Positions 39,498 to 49,679 of a stretch of DNA of 64,000 nucleotides are shown piece after piece; the first letter of the stretch is position 1; the number at the start of each line of letters is the position of its first letter. The stretch spans positions 4,402,480 through 4,466,479 of the forward strand of contig OZ316898.1 of assembly GCA_973895155.1 (NCBI GenBank), in the 5' to 3' direction. The position numbers and the translations under genes were made by a program. The DNA is from Marsupella aquatica. Its lineage: Eukaryota > Plantae > Marchantiophyta. Below the pieces are notes generated by a model that ran no database searches, was not told where the DNA came from, and saw only the letters and a program-made list of their open reading frames with translations.

Positions 39498-40236
39498 TCA
39501 TAAAATTAGATTAGCGTCGGACTTACTTACTAGTCATTTGGGAAGGAATTCCAGGATTGTGCAATGCCACTTTTATTCTTGTTTCTCTTCAATGAACACT
39601 CCGTCTTGGTGTTCCAGGACTATTGTATACATTATTGTACCAAACATTTTTTTATGTTGCACACGGTGTCGTCGCTACTGTGAAATTGAAATGTTTTAAT
39701 TTGTTTATCCACTCACTTTTACTGCATGCCTTACATGTTAATTGTATGGATTGCCCTCCACTTATTGAACAATGCCATGCAATTGTCCGACACCTATCCA
39801 TTGGAAATGACAGTATACCAATCATTGGGATCACTCCATGGAAGACTGAAAAACTGTAACGTACATTCTTACTCACAAACATTTTACATTTTACTAAACA
39901 CGTACCTTCATACCTGTTGCAGGTGTCAGGGAAATGGCACAAACAAAGAAGCAAGTACTTCAATGCCTTCATATAGTAGTTACGTGAGAATAGTTTACAA
40001 TGTACATGATTGCAGGATTAGGGTACTATTTGCGCTCACAATGTTCATGTAGGTTACTATTCTCCCATGCCTCTAATTAAGTGTAAAACTTGCGTCAGTT
40101 TAGAATTAGTTTAGAATGTTCACTGTCGTTGCCCCATAACGTAACTCACTTTGTCATGGGTTCGTGTATTGTCAAGCCGGTAATCAAAGATTGGCTATGT
40201 GGAAGTCTCACACTCTGACCCCCCCAGCCAATTGTC

Positions 40237-42680
40237 ATGCACAGTCCCGAGTTGGATGTCCCCACCATGCCTGAACCAAACCCTCCGGTTCTTGCTCTGC
40301 CACCACCGCCCACCCGTGAGGAAGCTTCATCTCAGCCGCCCCCTGTTCCCAGTGCACAGTGTTTGCTGACTCCTATCCTGGCTCTACCAGCTCCATCAGC
40401 CTATTCCCCAAGCCCCAATTGGCAATTGAGAGTGGCCCCGTCCTGCATACAATTTTAGTGCAAACCCATGCCACTAAAGACGACAATGTGGTCATGACGG
40501 TAGTATTGTCGGGTCCCTCCGTCAGTTTTTTCCCTCCGACTAGCGGGAAAAAGAGAAAATCCAACGGTGGTAAAGCAAACTTGAACACCCACACCAGGTT
40601 CACTCCACGAGCAGCAAAGGTTGGGATTCAGTATAGAGAGCACACCAGGACTGCATCACAACAACCAAAGGTGCCACGTGAATCTACCCAACATTCAAGA
40701 AGTGATGCGGTCACTCAAGAACCTGACCCAAAGACAAGCACCCGCAAGGACTGGAAGTGTCAACTGGACTTTCATTCTTCCCAACTTAAGAATGTGCCAA
40801 AGCCTGCAGATTTTTGCAGAGGTGCAGCTTTACCCAAGCCATGTGCACACTGCAAACTGGTAAGAACTAATTGGGCTCCAAGTCCCTCCACTTGTACATA
40901 TATGGTGTATTTCATTCTTGAGTTATACATGGCGCTCATGTCACACATATTCTGCCCAATTGTGAACAGGAGTCAAACGTAAGAAGCCACGCCAAGGAGG
41001 GAGTTCATTTTTCTGTGTATGGGGCCGGTGCTGTTTGTAAGATGTTGCCATGCAAGAACGTGGTTTTCAAGACCCAACGCACGTATGGGTGCCATGTTTT
41101 CAAGAAGCATGGTCTCATCAGCTCGGGAACCCCACCATCATTGTACACAAATGACCCAGCTGCTCAACAACAATGTGAAGTGCGGAATGCTGCTCGAAGG
41201 AAATAGCCAGGAGCAGCAGCATCACCAAATTACGTGAATGTGCGGGGGACATTGCGACAACGATGGAGCATGGCAAAGAGATGGGTGAAGTGAGTTCCTC
41301 ACTGAATCATTCCTCTTCAAATTGTACAAGTCCTGCTCTTTTCCCGAACTGACTAGGTGTAACAAAATCGTTATGTTGTTATAGGTCAACAACTCAACGC
41401 AAGTTTGTGACTAGATTGGAGGAAAATTGGGCACAAACTCCACAACTTGTTGTTGAATCTGAAACTATATTCATAATTTTCTTCAAGTACTTCATGCCTA
41501 AACTTGGCTTCCACGCATGGGATAGTCTAATAAGTGACCATGATTGGTCTTGCCTGCAGGCATTTCTTGGACAATGCCTGCACACATTTGTATGTTTGTT
41601 CATGGGTGGAGCAAGCCCTTACTGACATTTGCAATGGTGCATATGCACATTTGGACGATTTTGACATTCAGCGCCTCACCAGAACTGCTTCAGTGTTGTC
41701 AACTTTCTTTGAGCCACTTGGTGGGTCGTTTGAAGCCATTGAAGTCCATGATGCCATGGCAGTGCAACGCATAATGCTTTGTGAAGATGCCCTACAATGG
41801 ATGCAACATAAATGAGACAACCTATTGTGGGATGAGGAGCATGGGTGGCCACAGTATCAGATTATGGGTGATAACAAGTACAAGCAATGGAAGGCCATCC
41901 GCAAACAAAAGGCAATTGACACTTATAAGCCAAACATTGTGGCATTGTACAAGAAAGTTAACGAATACATAGAAGTAGAAGCTATGAAGCAGGTATGGGT
42001 TTATTTACTCACCCTACCTCGGTTGGTCTTACTATTACATGTACCTTCTTCCCACAATAACATGTGTGACCTGGGATGTACAGGTGGAATTGGAATAAGT
42101 TTGGACGGACACATCAGAGTCTGATGCTGAAGAGAAGGATGAACAACTTTGCCTAAGTGATGCAGATGCCGATGAGATGTTTGGACATCTACAACATGAC
42201 ATTGTTTTGGACCAGCCCGATGTTGTACTAGGACACCAGTCACCCAATGAGTTTAATGAACCAAGTCCTATGGTGGAACCAGACTCTAATATAGCAGTGC
42301 CCCAAGTGGAATCAAAGTCTGAAATAGCAGTGCCCCAAGTGGAACCAGAGTCTAATATACCAGTGCCCGAAGTGGAACCCAACTCACCTGAGAGCAATTC
42401 CAGGTGCACTAATCCGTTGTTGGATCCACTTCCATGTAGTGCCCCTCAGTCACTCGTGGAAATCATGGAACAAATTACAACAGCGTCAACAAAGTGCGCC
42501 GATGTTCAGAAATTGTTGGACACCTTGGACACTCATAAGTGAGCCAGTTTTGTGAGGCGTTCAGATTAGGCCCAATTTGCGCCCATCAGATACATATTAT
42601 ATGAACATCTTGGGGGACCATTGGCACTACCTGAAGTTGACTTGGGCTTTTCCCTAGCATTTTTGTGTCAGACTTAGGTT
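40237..42680 (+). pseudogene. Decayed multi-exon gene with basic NLS-like patch, C2H2-like finger and acidic/Pro 10-aa repeats; probable transposon accessory gene
   Basis: GKKRKS; CAHC; CKMLPC..YGCHVFKKH (41015-41206); several GT-AG-bounded segments with stops and frameshifts; 30-bp repeats encoding VEP(D/E)SNIAVPQ at ~42273-42380. Confidence 0.5.
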
Positions 42681-42776
42681 CTTAGTAGTTCCGTAGCGGG
42701 CCATAGATTTTGGTGGACGAATGAGGGTTGTCCCTCACCATATAGTACGACACATGCAGCCCTCAAGGCTTGTTGG

Positions 42777-43233
42777 TGTTGGGTATTTACTCTTACGTCT
42801 AGGTTAGGTATGACGTGGTTGGTACAACAACGTGGGTTGGTACAACTACGTGGTTAGGTACAACTACGTGATTAGGTACAACTATGTGGTCAGGTACAAC
42901 TACGTGATTAGGTACAACTATGTGGTTAGGTACAACTACGTGATTAGGTACAACTATGTGGTTAGGTACAACTAAGTTGCACACTATATCATAAGAGGCA
43001 TGTGTGCTTGGAGAGGTAGAACCAAGGCTCATTGTTATGGAGCCACTTGAGAGATAGGGAGAGCTTACACTGTGGAGACTTGGTATAGCCGACGGGCTTA
43101 GAGTTCAGTAAAGCTCTCTTGTGTGTTCCCGTGGACGTAGCCTCAAGGAGGTGAACCACGTATCTCTTGTGTCGACTATTGTGCGTTGGATGGTTCATGG
43201 GCTTGCCGTTGCGATCGTCGTCTATGCTCAACA
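42777..43233 (+). repeat. 5' LTR (457 bp) with 9 copies of an 18-bp GGTACAAC-core unit
   Basis: TGTTGGGTATTTAC...ATGCTCAACA; matches the 3' LTR. Confidence 0.97.
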
Positions 43234-43235
43234 AT

Positions 43236-43247
43236 TGGTATCAGAGC
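43236..43247 (+). other. Primer-binding site complementary to the 3' end of initiator tRNA-Met
   Basis: TGGTATCAGAGC, 2 nt after the 5' LTR. Confidence 0.95.
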
Positions 43248-44387
43248 ATGCTTGGGAGGTGACGTGTGTTCGTGACGGGATTTCATGACGGTTTTTCCAG
43301 CGTTGAGTGTTGGTGGATTTTCCAGAGTTCCATCGCATGGAACTTGGAGTTTATGGGCTCAACGGATAGATCAGGGCAAGAGCTTTCTAACGGTGTGAAG
43401 AAATCGTTGAACGGAGCTCGTGGTGCAGAGAGATCTAAGTTTTCGTCGTTCTGGATTTTGTGAAGAAAGTTGGCAATCGACTCGGAGGGAGAAGCGTCAA
43501 GTGTTTTGACTCAACGGAGAGATTGAGGCAAGACGATTGTTTTTGAGTCCGGGATTGGCTCTTTGATGCAAAGAGGAAGGCTAAGCAAAATCAATTACCT
43601 TGTTGGACTTGGTGACGGCACCAAGTGCAATTGATCAACATTCGTTGTTGACAAGGTACCATTTTTTTCTCTTTGAAAAACTGATTCGAAATTGGCTATG
43701 GCAATTGAGAGAAATCTGTCATCTTTACCAATTTTTTTCTCCCTCGTTCTTTCCTCGTTTTGGGTGCTTCTTATATCGATCTTCATTGCCTCGGAGTCTA
43801 GTTTCCAAATCTGAAATCGGATCTTGATTTCGTCAAAACCCAAGTGAGATATCTTGCGTTTGGTGTCGAGGGGTACATTCTGCCGTGTGTATTTTCTGCG
43901 CGCGCGACCAGATTTCGACGACGAAGGGTGGTAGGGGGTTTTGGGGGTTCGAGGACACATGTCAGCCCCTCGATTGTTCTTCCAAAATTCCCACAGGGCC
44001 TGTACAAGGGTCATAGAATATTCCAAAAAACCAGAGAGCTATTTTTTGACCGTCCGACAAAGATTTCATCCGCCGAACGGTAACTTTTTTGGTTATTTTT
44101 CGGCGAGGTCGTAGCCATTGAAGTTGGCAATGCAGTGCACCAATCACATCACAATTCCGACAACGGGTTGTACTTGGTATTTTGGTTATTCCCTGAGGTG
44201 GTCAAAACGGGGGAGTTTCCCAAGGTTTTACCCACCTCGACCGAAATTTGAATAACTTTTCCGTCAAATTTCGATTTTGATTTCGGTTTTCAGTATTGGA
44301 CTCCTAGCTTTGTGGGCTACGCGGCGGTGTTGAGTTTCGAGTTTTTTGAGAAGTTGTGAAAAACAACATTTTTTGTGACTTTCTCAT

Positions 44388-45422
44388 ATGAGTGATTCGG
44401 AGGAGTTTTTCGAAGACTTGGAACTTGAAGCACGAGGGTCACCGCGGAGGTTTCAGGGGCAGAGAGAGGAGCAGGAGGAAGAGCACGTGACACCGATACC
44501 ATCACCGGTGCGGCGTGTGGTGGAGGAAGCAGTACTACTACCGGAGCTCACGGTAAAGAAGAAGATGGGGACTTTCAAGCTTGGGGGACCCAAGTATGAA
44601 GTGACAAAGTATGATGGGCGCTCTGACTACTTGCTATGGGAGAAGCAGGTGAAGGGAGTGCTTTATGCGTCAGGGATGGGCCAACTGCTGAGCCCTCGTG
44701 AAGACGATGTTGATGAGAAACAATGGGACCGCATGCAGGAGCAGGGAGTGTGGTGTGTTACACTCTATCTCATGCCTCCCATCATCAAGCAGTTGGGTGC
44801 ACATAAGGATTGCATGTCCTTATTTGCGGAATTGCAGAGCAAGTATCACCGCAAGGAGTTGTCGAACCGGCTCTACACTTCCTACAAACTGATGAGTTTC
44901 AGGATGAAGGAATCTGGTACGAAGTTGCAAGACCATGTGGATGCTTTCAACGACATGGTCGTTGACTTGGAAAACCTTGGGGAGACTTTGAATGATGAGA
45001 CGAAGGCTCTGCAGCTTCTTAGTTCATTGCCTCCATCTTACCAGTCCCTATCACGAGTGTTGTTGCATCGTGATAGGGATACCATTTCATACAATGACAT
45101 GGTAAGTTCTCTGCTTAGTGATGATCTTCAGCAGAAGATGCACATCACGTCACAGCCTTCATCATCTGGTGCTGCCCTCAATGTTAACCGTGGGAGGAGT
45201 ATGCAGCGACCAACTGGGGACCGTAGAACCCAGTTTAGATCTAAATCCAGATCTAAGTCCAAGGGTAAATCCCCTCAGAGGAGGCAGGTGACATGTTGGA
45301 AGTGCAACCAAGTTGGACACTTCAAGCGAGACTGTAAGGGAAAGGCAGCGGAAACTTCATCGGCAAATGTGGCTAGGGCTGATGGAGAAGCTGATTTACT
45401 CAATGATGAGTATGTTTTATGA
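44388..45422 (+). CDS. gag: Copia Gag (capsid-like domain plus CCHC zinc knuckle)
   Basis: YEVTKYDGRSDYLLW, LLSSLPPSY, CWKCNQVGHFKRDC; ends at TGA 45420-45422. Confidence 0.93.
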   Translation: MSDSEEFFEDLELEARGSPRRFQGQREEQEEEHVTPIPSPVRRVVEEAVLLPELTVKKKMGTFKLGGPKYEVTKYDGRSDYLLWEKQVKGVLYASGMGQLLSPREDDVDEKQWDRMQEQGVWCVTLYLMPPIIKQLGAHKDCMSLFAELQSKYHRKELSNRLYTSYKLMSFRMKESGTKLQDHVDAFNDMVVDLENLGETLNDETKALQLLSSLPPSYQSLSRVLLHRDRDTISYNDMVSSLLSDDLQQKMHITSQPSSSGAALNVNRGRSMQRPTGDRRTQFRSKSRSKSKGKSPQRRQVTCWKCNQVGHFKRDCKGKAAETSSANVARADGEADLLNDEYVL

Positions 45423-48400
45423 AGCCGGGGGTATGCCCTGTGCACGTCATCTAGGAGAGCAGATGATGTGTGGATTCTTGATTGTGCTTGCTCTTTTCAT
45501 ATTTGTTACATTCGTGAGTTTTTCAGTTCTTACTCTATTTCAAACGGTTCAGTTCTGATGGGAAATGATCACTCCTGTCAAATTGAGGGAATTGGGTCTG
45601 TGAAGATTCAAATGTTTGATGGCGTTGTGCGCACAGTGTCCGGAGTCAGGTATGTACCTGGCATGCGTAAGAATCTGATTTCACTCGGTGTGTTGGATTC
45701 AAATGGTCATCAATGGAGCGTTATTGATGGTGAACTTCAAGTCAGGTCGGGAGAGACAGTGATTTTGAAGGGGAGTAGACAAAAGAATTTGTATGTGTTA
45801 CAGGGCAATACTGTATGTGGAGAGGCCAATGTAACCAAGTCTCACGAGGAGATGACTCAACTGTGGCATTCACGGCTAGGCCACATGAGTGAGAAGGGTT
45901 TGGCTATCTTACGGAAGAATGGACTCATTTCTGATTTGCAATCTTGTAAATTAGAGTTTTGTGAGCATTGCATTCTTGGAAAGCAGCATCGTCGTGCTTT
46001 TGGTGTTGGAACTCATCGTTCCAAAGCGGTTCTTGAGTACATACATAGTGACGTGTGGGGTCCATCCCCGACTCCCTCACACTTTGGAAAGTTGTACTAT
46101 GTATCATTTATTGATGATTACTCAAGATTTGTGTGGATTTATTTCATGACGCATAAGTCTGATGTCTTGTCCATTTTTAAGAAGTGGAAGGCCCAGGTGG
46201 AGAATCAGACTGGAAACACGATCAAGTGTTTGGATACAAGGGTGAAGAGTCTGAGGTCAGACAATGGCGGGGAGTACACTTCAATGGAATTTGAAGAGTA
46301 CTGTTCAGAACAGGGGATAACTCGCCATCTCACCACAGTTTATACTCCGCAGCAGAATGGTGTCGCTGAGAGGCTCAATCGGACATTGTTGGAGCGGTCA
46401 CGGAGTATGTTGAGCCAATCAGGTTTACCACAAGAATTTTGGGCAGAAGCTGTCAATACCGCAGCTTATTTGGTAAATCTTTCTCCTTCTAGTGCTATCA
46501 ATTTCAAAACGCCGTTTGAGATGCGCTATAAGCGGCAAGCAGACTATCATGGCTTGGTAATTTTTGGAAGTGATGCATATGCTCTCACACCAAAGCAGAA
46601 TAGGACCAAGTTGGATCCTACCTCCAGGAAATGTGTTTTTCTTGGGTACCAGATGGTGTGAAAGCCTATAGGCTATGGGATCCTATTGCTTGTAAGCTCG
46701 TTGTCAGTAGGGATGTTTCCTTCAATGAATCCAGATTATTGAAGGAGGGGGAGAATACTCAGGTCTCCCGTACTGACAAAGGAAAATCTCCTATCCCGGA
46801 TCTCGTTGAGGGGGAGATTGGTTATGAGGTGCATGACCGGAGAGAAGGAGTTGCTCCAATTATGGAGCTGGTTCCTGTGCCAGAGGAACCAGAGGAGTTT
46901 GTTGATGCTGGTGAGCAACAAGTGGATGCTGTTGAGCTTCAAATTGTACCAGCACACGCAGATCAACCGGAGTCATCGGCTAGAAGAACATCTGGTCGCA
47001 CTGTACGCGCTCCATCAAGGTATGGACAGTGGGTTGATTCATCTCAACTGCAAGAGGATGATTTTACAGCTGATGATGAGGGTGATGCGTTAATTTTGGA
47101 AGAAGGAGAACCTTCTTCATTTCATGAGGCAAGTGCTTCAAAAGAGAAGCAGAAGTGGACTGCAGCAATGCAAACGGAGATGCAGTCACTAAAGGACAAC
47201 AAAACTTGGGAGCTTGTTAAGCTGCCTAAGGGTCAGCAAGTGGTGGACAGCAAGTGGATTTACAAGCTGAAGGATAATTCCATAGGAGGTGGATCGAAGG
47301 TCTACAAGGCTAGATTGGTAGCAAAGGGATTCACACAAGAGAAAGGTGTGGATTACAATGAGGTCTTCTCACCAGTTGCTAAGTACTCTACAATACGACT
47401 ATTGTGTGTACTTGTTGTAATGTTTGGTCTGCTCCTAGATCAGATGGATGTTGTCACAGCTTTCCTCTATGGCACATTGGAAGAGGTGATCTTCATAAGA
47501 CAACCGCTAGGTTTTGTGAAGAGAGGACAGGAGGAATTGGTTTGCAGATTGCTGAAATCCTTGTATGGGTTGAAGCAGTCACCAAGACAGTGGAACAAGC
47601 GGTTTGACGATTGGATTCGGTCACAAGGTTTTCACAGAAGTGTATTTGACCCTTGTGTGTATTTGAAACCGGTGAAGAATGTTGTCTTTGGGTTCATTGT
47701 TTTAGTACTTTATGTGGATGACATGCTAATTGCAGCCAAGGATAGGTCTGAGATTGTTAAGCTCAAGGCACTGCTTAGTGCAGAGTTTAAGATGAAGGAC
47801 TTAGGGCCAGCTAAGAGGATTTTGGGTATGGAGATCACTAGGGACTTGGAGGCTGGCAAGCTATGGTTGACGCAGAGCAGTTATGCGAGGAAGGTAATTG
47901 CAAGGTTCAACATGGAGAATAGCAAGCCAGTAAGTACCCCGTTGGCTCCACACTTCAAGTTATCATCAGCGTTCTGTCCTACGGATGACACAGAGAAGGG
48001 GTTGATGTCAAAGGTTCCATATGACAAGGCAGTGGGGAGTCTCATGTATTTGATGACTTGCACTAGACCTGATCTTGCCATGGCTATGGGCAAGGTGAGC
48101 AGGTACATGTCGAATCCAGGGAAGGTACACTGGGAAGCAGTGAAGTGGATTATCAGGTACTTGAAGGGTACCGTGGATCATGGTCTTTTATTTGATGCGA
48201 ATGCAAAGAATGCTAGATCATTGATTGGCTATGTAGATTCTGACTATGGACAAGATTTGGACCGAAGGAGATCAACAACAGGATACGTGTTCACACTTGG
48301 CGGTGGATGCATAAGTTGGAGGTCTACTTTGCAGAAGTGTATTGCTCAGTCTACTACAGAAGCGGAGTATGTTGCAGCTGCGGAAGCAGCAAAGGAAGCG

Positions 48401-48694
48401 ATTTGGTTGGATAGACTTATCACTGAAATGGGATTGCCACAGGGGAATGTGAAGCTCCATTGTGATAGTCAAAGTGCGCTCCACCTTGCTGTGAACCAGG
48501 TGATGGACAGCAGAGTGAAGCACATTGACGTCAGGTACCATTTTATCAGGCAGGCTGTGTCTGATAATTTGTTTGAGCTAGTCAAGATTGATGGTAAACT
48601 CAACCCGGCTGACGCATTTACCAAAGTGATTCCTTTGGAGAGTTTCTCTAGACACCGTGACGTATTGCAGGTTTTGCAATTGCATCACAAGTAG
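45423..48694 (+). CDS. pol: Copia Pol (protease, integrase, RT, RNase H), in frame with gag after one TGA; 1-bp frameshift at ~46650
   Basis: WILDCACSFH, LWHSRLGH, HSDVWGP, LRSDNGGEY, PQQNGVAERLNRTL, YKARLVAKGF, SLYGLKQSPRQW, LYVDDMLIA, KHIDVRYHFIR; CVFLGY and PDGVKAY lie in different frames. Confidence 0.92.
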
Positions 48695-48874
48695 AGTTTT
48701 CTTAAACATTCATTGTAATTACTGATATATGCTCTTCCTCATTCCTATGTATTAGGCTACGACTTAGTTCTGGTTTGCTCTAGTTAGAGAGGGAAACCGG
48801 TTTGGTTTCTGTCCAGAACTTCCCGCTGAGGGATCATATACATTGGCAGTATTACTCTCCCCTAGACCAGAGTC

Positions 48875-48884
48875 AAGGGGAAGA
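48875..48884 (+). other. Polypurine tract
   Basis: AAGGGGAAGA immediately before the 3' LTR. Confidence 0.9.
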
Positions 48885-48885
48885 T

Positions 48886-49252
48886 TGTTGGGTATTTACT
48901 CTTACGTCTAGGTTAGGTATGACGTGGTTGGTACAACAACGTGGGTTGGTACAACTACGTGGTTAGGTACAACTATGTGGTTAGGTACAACTAAGTTGCA
49001 CACTATATCATAAGAGGCATGTGTGCTTGGAGAGGTAGAACCAAGGCTCATTGTTATGGAGCCACTTGAGAGATAGGGAGAGCTTACACTGTGGAGACTC
49101 GGTATAGCCGACGGGCTTAGAGTTCAGTAAAGCTCTCTTGTGTGTTCCCGTGGACGTAGCCTCAAGGAGGTGAACCACGTATCTCTTGTGTCGACTATTG
49201 TGCGTTGGATGGTTCATGGGCTTGCCGTTGCGATCGTCGTCTATGCTCAACA
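48886..49252 (+). repeat. 3' LTR (367 bp) with 4 copies of the 18-bp unit
   Basis: Same as the 5' LTR except for 90 bp fewer tandem units and one T/C substitution seen by eye. Confidence 0.97.
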
Positions 49253-49679
49253 GTTGGTCCATTGGAAGTTTTGGTGCATATATATAATACAAGTTTGCAT
49301 TACTCAGACTCAACTTGTACACCTTGGAAATTTTGTCATGCTATTGTATGAATTGTACATATGTGTCTCATTGCAACTAGTACAGTGAAAGGTGGCATTA
49401 ATAGTGCAGTGGATTCTCACTGGAAAATGTAAACTTGTGACTCGAGTTGTGCCACTTTCACCCATGCGCTATGATATTCAACGTACTCTTTGCGTGAATT
49501 AAAAATGCATTTCAATATATAGTAAGTGATTGGATGCCAAAGACCAAAGGCAAAGTGAACCAATGAAATTTTTTACTTATTGCATGGCAAACTGAACTTG
49601 TCATACTGGTCATATATATCTAGTTGTCCTTAATGGACACTACATTTGGATTGACTTCTGCTGGCGTCCTTACGGTGGA

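Larger units (their letters stand above)
42777..49252 (+). mobile_element. Full-length Ty1/copia LTR retrotransposon (Tnt1/Tork-like), 6476 bp
   Basis: TG..CA LTRs, TSD GTTGG (42772-42776 and 49253-49257), PBS, PPT, domain order gag-PR-IN-RT-RH. Confidence 0.98.

Noticed and set aside
42800-42980. CRISPR-like regular repeat
   Set aside because: Head-to-tail 18-bp units without unique spacers, inside an LTR of a eukaryotic genome
43595-44083. Extra ORFs in the copia 5' leader
   Set aside because: No recognisable domain or TM pattern; most likely chance ORFs in a long leader
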